Below, piece by piece: positions 36,536 through 48,496 of a DNA stretch of 64,000 nucleotides. A program made the translations under genes and the position numbers. The stretch is taken from positions 1,536,597-1,600,596 of the forward strand of contig BDGG01000011.1 of NCBI GenBank assembly GCA_001949185.1. The letters are read 5' to 3'. Below the pieces are notes generated by a model. That model saw only the letters and a program-made list of their open reading frames with translations. It was not told the origin of the DNA and did not search any database. The stretch comes from Ramazzottius varieornatus. Lineage: Eukaryota > Animalia > Tardigrada. Position 1 is the first letter of the stretch. Every line of letters starts with the position of its first letter.

Positions 36536-37751
36536 TTAGATTGTATGTGTGTTGTTGGAATTGCTGAGACGTGTCATGTTGGAGCTTGCGGAATCTGGCA
36601 GGGCGAAAGACGAAGAGTTGGTATGGTCCATTGAACTGTTGTTCACAGGAAGCTGAAACTGCGCCACGTAAAAGTTGCCGGCGACCGGGTTACCCAAGCT
36701 AAAATTCCTGGCGAAGTCCCGAATTTCAAAGTTCATTCTGCTGAGATTCAAGGACTGAATGAAAGAATCGGTAGCGTCGATCTTGCTGTTTTGAAGAAAA
36801 GCCAGGAACACGTAACGATGAGGACCTGAAAGATGCAAGAACTACAGTGTTTTCCTGCCGTACTTACTGATGAAAACGGTTCTTCGCTCAAGCCTTCACC
36901 TGTTCCATCCGCAGGATTTGCTCCAAAGTACGTTCCTAGAATATCCCCTTTATCGACGTTCCGTCCTGGAATATTGATGACAAGCCAGTGCTTGAGCGGA
37001 GATCTTGTCGGATTGGCTCGACTGGGTGTGTCCAAATCTGAAACGGAACTGATCACCAGAGGCTGAAAAATAAAAGTTCTGTAAAGAAAATGGTTGTTTT
37101 ATCAAGTGGAGCATGTAGTCGTTACTGTTGGCTGGAAGCTTGCGCCACTTGGAAAGCTCGCCAAGATTGTTTTCCAAGTGGCGCATGTTATCAGTTTCCT
37201 TGGATGGAAGCGTGCGTCTCTTGTAAAAGCAGCCTTGTCGAGCTTGTTTGCCGGACTCCCAAACGACTGAGTCATGGAATGGACTGCGCACTAACTTACC
37301 AGATTTACTGAGGGTGTAAAATTTGCAAGGGTCCGCTTTCCAGGCGACAAGCGCCGGAGGGTTTTGCACCATGTGGGCGGTCATTTCGTTGCCGTACATC
37401 ACCGTGATTCCCGTCGGATACAGGACCTAAATCATTAATCGTGCGTACGCGTATCCGTAAGTCCAGAGATCGACCTAACTTATCAGTGGTGATGTGATGA
37501 GAGAAATAAAGCTGTACCTCGAGTATGTCAGGCGGTGAAACGTCGATAAGGTCAGGGACAATGCAGTTCCGCTCAAATACGTTCGAACCATTTCCGGCGC
37601 ACATCGCACGCATAGACTGTACTGCGGACGTTGAATTTATGGAAGTAAGGTTGAAATTTCCTTGCTGCCCGAAGCATAGCTGGACAAAGCCCGAGGAAAT
37701 GAGCACAGCGGAGACGCATGCAATCAGTGCAACTGGGGAAAGATGATCCAT
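36536..37751 (-). CDS. Secreted phosphatidylethanolamine-binding protein (PEBP/OV-16-like; exons 37751-37518, 37426-37300, 37037-36900, 36825-36536; 262 aa)
   Basis: Motifs IVPDLID, FYTL, DLDTPSR, HWLVINIPG, GTGPHRYVF and PVAGNFY. Hydrophobic N-terminus. Confidence 0.93.
37090..37260. repeat. Palindromic element, two units (PEBP intron 2)
   Basis: Units at 37106 and 37178, both with 27-nt spacers. Confidence 0.9.
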
Positions 37752-39209
37752 AATTTTCCGCGCGCTGGAAAATAAACTGATATTCTAATGGTCGTTAGGA
37801 ACAGTCAAAGTGCAACTGGAATTCTAAAAGACAAAGCTTTGTGGCAATATCTATGGCATTCTTCGCGGCAAACTTGACGCTTGAACTTTGACGAGATGAG
37901 GCGGAAGAACGACTTATAGTTCAGAGGCTTCTACGTTCATAACGTGCATAATGTGGCCAACGAAAACCGTGCATCACATGACCAATGTGTTTTCGTTTTG
38001 CTTCCTACCATATGAAAAAAAGTTTAACGACGATTTAATGCTGCAGGTTTCTGTTTGTGATTCATTAGCATGCGGTATAGTTTCACATGTCAACGCTATT
38101 GCCTGTCACAATGAATTATGGAAGTGGTTATTGAGCGGGTCATTTTTGCCACCCTACCGCTATGTCGTACGTTTAGTAGACGCTTCAGTCGAGTGCTAGC
38201 TGGAAAGTCGAGTATTGCTTTGCGTGGGTCGTCCGTTGTTTATTTCCTTGTCTTTAAAGACCTAGCTCATCAAGGCCGCGCTGGGTTCCGCACTCAAAAC
38301 TCAGGTCAGAGTTCGACTTGTGGGGGAAGAGGGAGTGTGCTCACTGCGCTACTGCGAAGCTGCGTCTCTTGGGAAGATGACGAAGCGCACGAGCGCTGTT
38401 CATCATTAGCGTCATGGACATCAGCTTTTATAACCAGTGTGTAGATTTTACTGATTGCTAGGTTTGCACCCTTATGCCATCTCCCTCGATCACCTCTGTA
38501 CAAACAGCTTCCGTAATATCCGTCATTCATCGCTTTGCCCACAGTATACAGTGTTAGATTCACTGCGGCGCAACACAGTACAAAGTGTTTTGTAAGATTA
38601 AAGCGACTTCCGCAGTTGTCAAACCAGTCCAGTCGCTCTTCAAAGTCCGTCAAGGATACTACTAGATTCAGTGCGCTTGTTGCTCTCGACACCTCCGACA
38701 AAAACGTTCCACTCCCCAGTTCGGCGCCATCAACAACGTTGATCCAAATCTCTTCTGCAGACCACGCCTTCCATGCTACGTGATTAACTCTAAGGCAGTA
38801 CTTTTGTACAGTCACTCTGGACAATTTTTTACGGGTTAATCCTTGTTCGAATGGACAGTGGCCATTTTATCCGATCTGCGGTTTGACGTCGGGAGTCGGG
38901 ACCAAATCTGCGGTATGGTAAAATTGTATTGCGAAGCCCTTACCGATATTTCGTCACTCCTGAAAAGCATCTACCTGACGCAAGCGTAGTAACAAGGACG
39001 CCGAACACAGTTGCTGACGTCAGATAGGCGAAATTCAGAACTGCGCTTTATTGGTGGTTCAACTGCCGTATACAGTTATAGTACACGGTTATTTCTCGTC
39101 CGAAGTCCAAAACTCATCACAATTTCAGTCCTTGTTGTCCATCTACCATTTTACTGCCGAGAATCATTCCACGGATGATGCCTGTCGTTTCTCCTTGCAG
39201 GCAAAGACC

Positions 39210-41147
39210 ATGACGCCTTCGCTCCATCTTCCCTTCCGTCGGACGAAATCCTCGGTGGACCACAACAGCTGTGTCCGCACTGGTCAGCAGCTGATCGCCT
39301 CACCCAAATCGCCCGTGTCCAAAAGCGTCTCTCTCCAGTCTTCCACCAGTCAAACCTCCCTTCTCCACACTTCCCCAGACAGCTGTGCCAAGTCCGGCAC
39401 TGCTGGTGGCATCATCAAGTACATCCAGAACAAAATGCGTCGTTCATCCCTCTATTCTACCAACAACTCGGACACTGACTCGGACCATGGATTCGGTCAA
39501 GATCGACCGTACACCGTCGCTATCTCGAACGAGAACAAAGAAGCAAAGGATGGTCCACAGTTGACGCTGAGGGCCAGACGCAATGGACTGTGGCCGCTGA
39601 CGTTGAACAGTAATGACGATTTGGTGTCGTCGTCATCGTCGAGTAATAAAACGCTGCCGAGACAGTCAGCCAACACATGGCTGAGTGTCCCACCGGAGCT
39701 GCCACCGAGAGTCCCGGAGAGAAGCCCCGTAAGCTTGGGCCTCGTTCCACCCACGCCGACATCCAGGTCCAATCCCAGGACGCCCCAGTCCTGCTCGTCG
39801 CTGTCCTCCTACGAAATCCCGCTGGGACTGGATGAAGTGGGCCAAGTTCCCATTCCATCACCATCCAGTACAAATCGTCCCAGTGAGTGAAAAGCTATTC
39901 TCGCCGTGCGATAACCTCGTGGCATCTCGCACTTTCGTACACCCTGGTCGGATTTATTGTCCGTACCTGGGAGCTCGGCGAACAAACTCAAAACCATTTT
40001 TTTCTCGATTGGCGCACATTGTTGGTGTAAATAGCTGAAGAGGTGCGCCACTGGAGCAAATAGAATCAGCAACATCGCTCCCTCAAGTGGCGCATGTTGT
40101 TAGTGTTCTTGGCCGGGAGTGTCCGCCACGTGATTGGAGTCGGCGGTTCTTCAGGATAATTTGCTGTTTGTGACTGCTGACATCGATTGTTAACTGTCGA
40201 GTGTAATATTCGTTTTAGTGCAATGTTCAGTCGCCAAGAACTACAAGCCTTTTCTTCCGTCCATCCTGTCGGAAGATACTCCGCCGGAAGAAGACGCCCC
40301 TCTTCCGCCGCTGCCTTCACCCCTTCCTTCGCCCCTTCGCGACCATATTCCGTCATGCCACGAAGACTTCTCCGTTACAGCCGAACTCCACAAACTAGCC
40401 AAGTGCGGCTGGTACTGGGGTCCCATCACTCGTTCCGACGCCGAGCAGAAGCTGCTGGACAAACCTGACGGCACCTTCCTCGTCAGAAACTCCCTCGACC
40501 AGAACTACATCCTCAGCTTGAGCTTCAGATCACTCGGACAATCACTACATGCCAGAATCGAATATTCCAATGGCCGATTCAGCTTCTGCCCCAGGTAAAG
40601 TCTCTTTTACACGAGGACTTGTCAGGATCGTTTCCCCAAGTGGCGCACGCTTCAACCAACCACTCCGCAAACGTGCGCCAGTTGTGAAAACAATCAGACT
40701 CCACAAGATCGTTCTCTCAAGCGGCGCACTCCTGCAGCGTTATTGGCTATCAGTGTGCGCTAATTGGGAAAACGACCTTGTCGAGTTTTTTACCGAGTTC
40801 GAAAATATCAAGTTTTAAAAACCAATCAACCGCGCAATAATATGAGTAATTTCAATGATTTTATTCTTTTCAGGTTGGACGAAGAGACGTTTCCATCAGT
40901 GGTGGACCTGGTGGAGAAAGCCATGGAGAAAGCGACGGTCTGTTACAGTCGGGCAAGAGACCCGGACAGTCCGACGTTTCCTGTCAGGTTGCTCTACCCT
41001 GTCAGTCGCTTCTCCGAAGTTCCTTCCCTAAAGTACCTCTGTCGGTTCGCCATCAGGTTGGATCTCCGAGCGGAACACTGGGAAGATGCTCGCTTACCTA
41101 ACACTGTCCGCAAATACATCTCCTTCGAGCACCCGCTAGTCAGCTAA
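39210..41147 (+). CDS. SOCS6: Suppressor of cytokine signalling, SOCS6-like (exons 39210-39882, 40219-40594, 40874-41147; 440 aa)
   Basis: SH2 GWYWGPITR...FLVRNS...SLSFRS...RIEYSNGRFSF; CYSR...PVRLLYPVSRF; SOCS box SLKYLCRFAI...LP. The start codon is less certain. Confidence 0.88.
39970..40145. repeat. Palindromic element, two units (SOCS intron)
   Basis: Units at 40009 and 40087, 27-nt spacers. Left arm gagctcggcgaacaaac. Confidence 0.88.
40615..40802. repeat. Palindromic element, two units (SOCS last intron)
   Basis: Units at 40640 (26 nt) and 40721 (27 nt). Confidence 0.9.
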
Positions 41148-41939
41148 GAAGAATCACAACAGATAAAACACAAAACGCGAAAGCGTCTTTTTACTGTTTT
41201 CTAATTCTGCACGTTTTACCAACTAACGCAACCTTCCTGTTTCTATGATCTGCAGTCCACAATAAAACTATCGACCTAACTACGCGCTTTTGTATTTTTA
41301 TGGAATTCTTTTGACGAAGAGCTTTTTCAGTCTGCGTGTTGACTTATGGTGGAGTCATCTTTGCTCGCAGCGTCTTTCTTCGTAGTTACCATTTTTGAAC
41401 GTGAGCTGAAATGATCAAAAACAGATTCTGCTGCTGTCTGGTTTTATGATTGTCGAGCGAGAAGCCACTTCTGTACATTAATAAATCACCACAGAGTGGT
41501 CACTAAATTTCGATGTGAGTTTGCTCCTGACGGGGCGTACAATAAGCCAAGTATAAACATTGGCTACATTCCTCGACCTGGTTACTTTCAAGCGCCTCTA
41601 AATCTGCAGTTGACACTTTACAACGACCACGCCAAGGCTAGAGGCCTTTCCTTTGTTTAGTGCCGTCTCAGGCACTTAGCCGCTCTGGTGTTACTGCCGC
41701 ACAAGACAGCGATATACAGTGAGCAAATATTGAACTTGGCGATGCATTAACAGCTTTGCGACAAAGGCGAGATTACCCTTCACGGTTGTTAACCACGAAC
41801 AATTTACCATAGCCCATCAGCCCTAAAACCGTAGGAGACCCACACCAACCCGCGACAAACAGATATCTTACTTATAAGGCATCTCATCGTCGACTTCTGA
41901 CAACCTTCTAGTCCAGAAGTTAGCTGCAACGACGAAGCA

Positions 41940-44900
41940 CTAGAAAGTTCTTCGCTGATTCCATCCAAGCATATTTGACATCTGTCAAACCAAAAATAAA
42001 ATGTTACACCGGGATGCGTCTTCCCGATGAACGGTCAGATGCCGCATGCTTCGAAAAATAGACCAACTTCTTACCGTCGCTGAAGCTGCTTGAAGGAATG
42101 GCACGATATTCAGGAGCGGTTGTTGGACCTGCAGAAAAAAAGATACTAAAAGCCGCAGCCATCTAGAAGAGAAGAGATATGATGCATAATATACAGCGTA
42201 GGAGTACGGATTTGAATATGAAAAGCACCAACACTCTTTGGACAATGGCACTTACAGTACAGTAGTTTTTACAACTAGAGAAATTTCGCACCTTTGCTGC
42301 CTTGTTGTGTAGCCGTACAAAGTCTTCAGCACGTCTCTCCAAAAAATCCCACGTATCCTGATAGCCTTCCGACCTATCTTGCAGCAAGTAAAGCTCTGTG
42401 GACTGGTACAGCGCAATGATGGCTATGCGTTTCGCATACCAATTTGACTGCAAAGAGGGTCCCATCATTGATTTTGACAAAACTCACAAGTTAAACCAAA
42501 GAAGAAAACAAAACTATATCAGCGTACGTCGATCTTGTTATCCCCTAAAAGGTGCCAAATATCGTCCGCCAACTGGCCAACCAGCCGGAGACCTTGTCGG
42601 GTATTCTGCGGTAGGGACAGCAAAGCTATGGCGTCCTTCCAGTCACTTCCGTAGGCCGTGTTCAGCTCCAGCCGGGCTCGGATGGCTGATACCAAGTATT
42701 CTTTGAATGATATACCTGGCTCGGCTTTTTGCCGTTCGAAAGGCTGGAAGGTAGCTTCGAACTGCCGGTTGCTTTGGTCGTAGGCGTAGATGACCAGATC
42801 GAGGCCGCCGTTCGGACACAGACCGTGAGCGATGGACGGCAGACCGCTTTTTTCCGCACCTGCAACCAATCAACCCAAATTGTTGACGACATACAGTACT
42901 TCCAAAACATCGAGGAAAATTCGTATCAGACTGCTCTACGAAAAAGGTTGATACGAGAATTAATTGGAGCTCGCCAAGGATACCCGGCAGGACTGATTCC
43001 GAAGTGGCGCATGCTATCAGTGTTACCGGCTGGAAGAGTGCGCCAGTTGAAAACACAATCTTGTCGCGTTCGTTTGTACACATTTCAAGTGGAGCACGTT
43101 TTCACTGTATTGGATGGAATCGTGCGCAACTCGGGGTCTACCTTTGGCGAGGGCTTCGATGGTCCATCCATATTCAGGCACGTAACTCAGCCCCGCATTC
43201 AAGATCCGTTCCTTCAACTGCTTGCCGGAATTCGAGCTTGAGGGCTCTTCCTGGAAGTCATCTGAAGTTGAGCTTGCGAAGGTGCTGGTGCTGGAATCCG
43301 ACGAGCGTGCTGGTGAAGCTTCCGCGTCGCCGTCGCTTGTGCTGGTGGTGCTTGCGGAATGTGAGACGGTCATTCTTTCCTTGAACTTCTCGTTCAGACT
43401 ATCTTCGAGATGGAAACGCGAAGTGGAAAGCTTGAAGGGCGTCGTGGAATACTGGGCGAAGCGAGTGGGAGCTCTCCCATGGGGACACCTCGCTAAAAAT
43501 ACACAAGAAAGAAGTTCGACAAATATTCCGGAAGGAATTTCTCTTTCGATCGTTTTTTTACGTCTCAATCGAGATCAAAAATTCCGTTTATACAATCATT
43601 ATTTTGTCTTCATTGCCGAATTTTTTATCGGCGAGCTCAGAGAGCTCATGGAGAGCAACAGCACAGAAATTCTAAAGGGGAATCGATAACGAGAGAAGGC
43701 AATGAATAATTACATTCAACATCGCATTCCCAAGCAGGAAAATTCTCAAAGGCAGAAACATTGGATCAAAGCTTGATAGAAGTTTCCAAGCGCTCAATTT
43801 GGGTAGAAAGACCATCCAAAGACATGAGTAAAATGCCAGCATCGAACTCGTGCTTCTGAGCGATCATCTGTGCCTGTTCCGCCGTCACTTCCGGCCCCAT
43901 CGAGTCTCGGCTTGCGCCTTCCTTCTGCTTGGCCCCAAGCCTCTCCGCCTCTTTCCGACTCCACAGTTCCTCCCTCACTTGTTCCATATGTTCGTCCACA
44001 GCATTCTTCCACCGATCGCGGAACTTCATCACACCCTCGATGACGTCCCTGACGCCACTCTTGTTCTCTTCATCCAGAGACAGCATCACTGTGAAAACAC
44101 CCGAGATATTCGCCAACAAACCACAAACGTTCGAAGAAAAATTCTCCGTCGAGAAGAACAGCTTAAACAAGTATCGATATTCTTCTTGAGAAAAAGTAGA
44201 AAGAGATGCGTTACGGAGAGGATCAACCATGGGTCTCTTGACAGCCATCACGAGAACTTCAAGGATCGCGGGGAAGTTTGACATTCCTTCCGTTGTCCAA
44301 ATCTCCCCAACAGTCTTAACTAAAACTTCGATACTCATTTTCAGGAAACATTTCTGTACGAGCAAATACAGTCTCTTTCTGTGCTTCTCATTCTCCGACA
44401 GCGAAGTTTCTTTCAGGAAATCTACAAGGCGATCCTTGAGGAGAGGTGAAGTTGCTTCAGAGTCGAGAGACCGATCCGGAAGTTGATCGATGAGATTACC
44501 GAGAAAATGCACATTCTGCTGCTTCAACGAAGCACTGTGGAAATCAGCGAAAGGTAGGACGATGTCGTTGAGAAAGTACAGCGGAGAAAGAACCGCGGGA
44601 AAGTTGTCAGGAAGTACGTCGCAGATTTTGACGAGGAAGGCCAAGTGAGCGATGCTGTCCCTGCTGACGGGACATCGCATCAAGCCATCACCGACTTCCG
44701 GCTGGCTTTTCCGGCTCCACGTTGTAAAGACTGAGTAGTCTGGAACAACCTGACCTAACAGAGCTACGATACGAGTGTAGGAAGCGAAGCTTTTGGCGAA
44801 AGACACGGGCATGAAACCGAGTGGGGCTGCTAGAAGGTGAAGCAAGGAGCGACCCAGACATTGACGATACTTGAGCACGGCCTCTTCTTCCGAGCAGTTC

Positions 44901-46021
44901 TTTTCTGCTGGGAAGTTGAAAGTGGTGCGGGAGAGCTTGACAGCTTCAACGAAGGATGAGTCGAAGTCGCAGACAAGAGCGTGCATCCGTAGGAGATGCT
45001 CAAACTGAAAGGAGAACAGAACCGTTAGATTTGTAGCTGAGCACGAAGCTTTCGCTTGATTGAATACGGAAGCAACGCTTGATTGCTCAAGCGGCGAAGT
45101 TCAGCGCATGACGTCACGCTTTTACCGGAAATGCCGTTGTTCATAAGTGACGCACGACGTTGGCACCGTCACTTGACTGAACAAGACGGTTGGGGCTGAG
45201 TGAGAAAATGACGTCAGCGTTCTGGACTTTGCCGTATATAAAATATAAAGGCACGTTTGATGACGTCATGTGCCACTCTGAAAAACTTTAGTATTTCATC
45301 GGAAGTAGCTTGCTGACTTACGTTGTCCGACGAATCTTCTCCGTCTTGGCGGTTCCAGTCGAAGTCGCCCACGTAATCGTCCAGTTGAGACAGGACCGAA
45401 GACAGCCAGAACAGTCGGAACTTGCTCAAACGAAGTAAGGTACCTTGGATATTCGGCAGGAAGAATTCAACTTCAGCAGCCGTATGCTCTTCCTTGTCCA
45501 AGACGCTACTGAAGTAGATGATCAGCTCTTCGGCGCGCCCATATTCACACAGAACATACATCAGCATTTCTAGGGTAGGACGGAAGACGTTACTGAGAGG
45601 AGAGCGGACTGTGATGCTGACGGTGGCGATGATGTCTTCGCAGTGGTCGATGATGCTCTGCCGCTGTGAGGCAGGATGCTCCAAGAGTTTCTCCAGAGCG
45701 CTGGCGGACCTTGCCATCACGGCGGTGATCACCTTCTTATGCCAGTGCTGGTGAGGGAGAGCGTCGTCATCGTTGAATGTGTCCATCGTGTCAGCGTCAG
45801 CGTCCATCTTTTGTCTCTTCGCCAGCGTGAAAGACTTTTCGACGAAAGCCTCGCTTCCTACTCGCAACCGTAGTGCATAGATGAACTTAAGATTATGAGC
45901 CCTATTTCAGAAGTCAGTTTCTCAAAGTTTCCGTGGCTCACTTACAGGAGCGAGGCGAGGAGACAGTTGAGATGGCCGGTCGATGCTTGACTGCAGTTTG
46001 AACGGCCCGCAAAGAGATCAT
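41940..46021 (-). CDS. COQ9: Ubiquinone biosynthesis protein COQ9, mitochondrial (exons 46021-45946, 43492-43142, 42859-42528, 42447-42292, 42128-42075, 41981-41940; 336 aa)
   Basis: ILNAGLSYVPEYGWTIEALAKGA, LADDIWHLLGD, NWYAKR...YQSTELYLLQDRS...TWDFLERR and C-terminal NMLGWNQRR. Exon 1 is inferred from a phase-1 GTAAGT donor and its presequence-like composition. Confidence 0.9.
42967..43138. repeat. Palindromic element, two units (COQ9 intron 2)
   Basis: Units at 43004 (27 nt) and 43089 (26 nt). Ends a few nt from the splice donor. Confidence 0.88.
43766..45807 (-). CDS. GLMN: Glomulin-like protein (exons 45807-45322, 45004-43766; 574 aa), nested in COQ9 intron 1
   Basis: HLAFLVKICDVLPDNFPAVLSPLYFL resembles glomulin LAYLVF...PMVLSPLYLL; also GRAEELIIYF and LPNIQGTLLRL. 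Helical protein of appropriate length. GTAAGT donor at 45321. Confidence 0.75.
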
Positions 46022-46401
46022 GTCGCAGAGAGCTTCGAGCAGACAGCTTCTAGAGTTCAACAGAACAAGATCAGGAAGGTATGTGGTCAGAGCGCAAGAG
46101 ACAGTGAGGGAACTTAGGCGGATAGCAAGAAGCAGGAAGAAGAATCGACAATCGTGATTCTGGATTCTACAATCTGAATAGTAAAAAGTAAAAACTGAGA
46201 AATTTGAAAAATCTGAAATTTAAATTTGGGAAAGTATCAGCAGTCAAGCCTCGCTGTCAATCAACCCGAAGGTTCTTTTTAGCTGTTTTGTTTTTAAATT
46301 TTAATTATAAAATATATTCTGTTTCCGGTTCTTCGCCTGCTAGGCTGCTGCATCTGACAGTCTGACTGGGCTGCATCATTCATCCGAGAAGGTCTATCCT
46401 C
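46022..46401. promoter_or_regulatory. Probable bidirectional promoter (COQ9/GLMN and NELF-E)
   Basis: Head-to-head start codons 380 bp apart with an AT-rich core. Confidence 0.55.
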
Positions 46402-47959
46402 ATGGTCCCTCTTGCGACGGTCGGCTACCTCATGGAGCTTCCTCATGTTATGACACAAGCCGAGATCGAGCTGAAGGAAATTTACGCGGAATATCGTGAG
46501 TTGGTATGATCAGCATTCTCTCTCTTCCTGAATCCTAATCGGCTGCGTTCTTCCGTGAAAACCTTACACAATCGCCATTTTTGCAGAAAGATGAAGCCCA
46601 GAAAAAGAAGGAAGCTGAACTAGGCGCTGGCAGGAAACGCGGTACCGACGTCGTCGCTGAAGATTCCTCGGAACTCATCAAGAAGCTGCGGAATTCAGGC
46701 GTAAGTTTCCTCATAGGTCGCACATGACGTCATATAAAATAATGCTGTGTGGCCCCGGGTACTGTACGTCAGTGCGCGGGTTTAATATGACTGAAATCAG
46801 CAGTTGTCGATTTCATAGACATGCATACACATATCTCGATGCACGCTCGCTGCTTGTGGTATGTAACTTTGTGAAACGACGTTTTTCGCTCACCTGCAAA
46901 CAATAGCGTGAGCGGTTATCGGGTTGGGAAGGTATGCAAGTGACTGCAAGACTAGTTTGTAGTGCTTTCCGATTCCACCTTGGTTAGTTCATCCCGGTTT
47001 CCTTCTTCTCAGGTACTGGAAAAGCTGAAGAACGACGACACACCAAAGACACAGTACAAGCGAGCTTCCCTACTCAACCGACGCCTCCTCAACAAGCCTG
47101 GAGAAGATGCCTTCACTCCCACCGGAAGTGAACCGTCGACCGCCCGTCCCTCTCCTCTACCTCTCTCCAGACCGTCCTCAGCCACGCCAGCACAACCTCG
47201 AGGAAACTTCTCGATACCTGACAGATCTATGGGAACTCCACCGCCTTCGCCTTTCACCGACACACCCCGACCGCCAAACAAGCCTAAGAACATGTTTGCG
47301 TCTTTCATGAAGGCGTCTAAACCTGAGGCTGAAACAACGGCGGCAGCATCCAGTCAAAAACCGAGCGAAGGAACAAAGAGCCATCCTCAGTCGGCCTATC
47401 AGCCAGTCCAGAGACAGAAGATGCTCTTCGTGGAAGCAGAGAATGTGACGGAGAATTTTATCAAGCCCATATTTGAGAAATACGGAGCATTGTTACGCGT
47501 CACTTCGGTCGCCGATAAAAAGTCAGCAAATAACCAATAGCAAAACATTTTAATGCAAACTGAAGCTCGGCAATCCAAATTGAGAGGATCTTTTCGCCAA
47601 GGTGGCGCTCCATTGCTCCCACAAAAGCCGTAAACGTGCGCCACTTGGGAAGACGTTCTTGTCGAATTTGGCTCGAACTGTTTGCCGAGCTTTCAGTCAG
47701 GACAAGAAATCTGATTCTGGTATTTTTCAGGCACGCATTTGTTCTGTTCAAAATATGGGAACATTCACAGAAGGCGTTAGTCGATCTCGACGGGAAAGTG
47801 GTTGAAGGCATCGCACTGAAGGTCTCGGAAGCCAGTCGCGACCCGGAGAAAGGTCCGGTGGAGCCAAGACACTCGAACACCAATCATTCCTTCGAGAATC
47901 CACCACACCGCAGAGGAGATAAACGCGAGCTTGTTTCGTATGACGACAATCTTTTGTGA
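46402..47959 (+). CDS. NELFE: Negative elongation factor E (exons 46402-46503, 46587-46700, 47013-47521, 47731-47959; ~317 aa)
   Basis: N-terminal LPHVMTQAEIELKEIY...LIKKLRNSG...YKR, a C-terminal RRM (LFVEA; KHAFVLF) and terminal RELVSYDD match the NELF-E layout. Confidence 0.8.
47562..47695. repeat. Palindromic element, one unit with clear outer arms (NELF-E intron 3)
   Basis: aagctcggcaa...gtggcgct-N27-tgcgccacttgg...ttgccgagctt. Confidence 0.9.
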
Positions 47960-48496
47960 GTTTTTAACCTACAAAAATTTCAAAAAATGATTTTCCTGAC
48001 TTTTGTGGCCAGTGTTTTTCCCATGAGATCACACCTTCGCACAGTCTGAGCTTTCCAAAGCGCCTACAGACAGAAAGACTACATTGTCGGTTTTCTGGCT
48101 CTGGCTAATGATAACATTTCCATGTGAACTTATCGTTTTGGAGATGTGTGGAGATGGAAATTTAACTTCGCAGTCGTCAAGGGCATATCGAAAATCCAAC
48201 GACACCGAATACACCGTCAGAAAGTCCTTTCCCGATTACGAAACATAGTTGATTTGGTGCTTGGCACGACCAGCGCGTGCCCTGTACGGATATCGTCACA
48301 TGAAAGACATGGCGATCTTACGCTCACTTCCCCATTGTGCCGCTTCGATAAGATACCGCGCCAAACTACAAACTCATCTGGTCGAATAAACTCGCACTTT
48401 GCGTATCGGTATAAGAACGGGAAATTTCTCCACCAAACATCACCATCGTCTTATCCTTTCCTACCTTTTCCCTTCTGGTAATCTTCCCCAGCCACC

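Noticed and set aside
37090-37260. Two-hairpin intronic units as H/ACA snoRNAs
   Set aside because: The units are strand-symmetric and often single, with no consistent H box, terminal ACA or guide pockets. Not excluded without small-RNA data, but unsupported.
38306-38824. 172-aa minus-strand ORF between PEBP and SOCS
   Set aside because: Non-ATG start, no recognisable motif and no convincing splice context.
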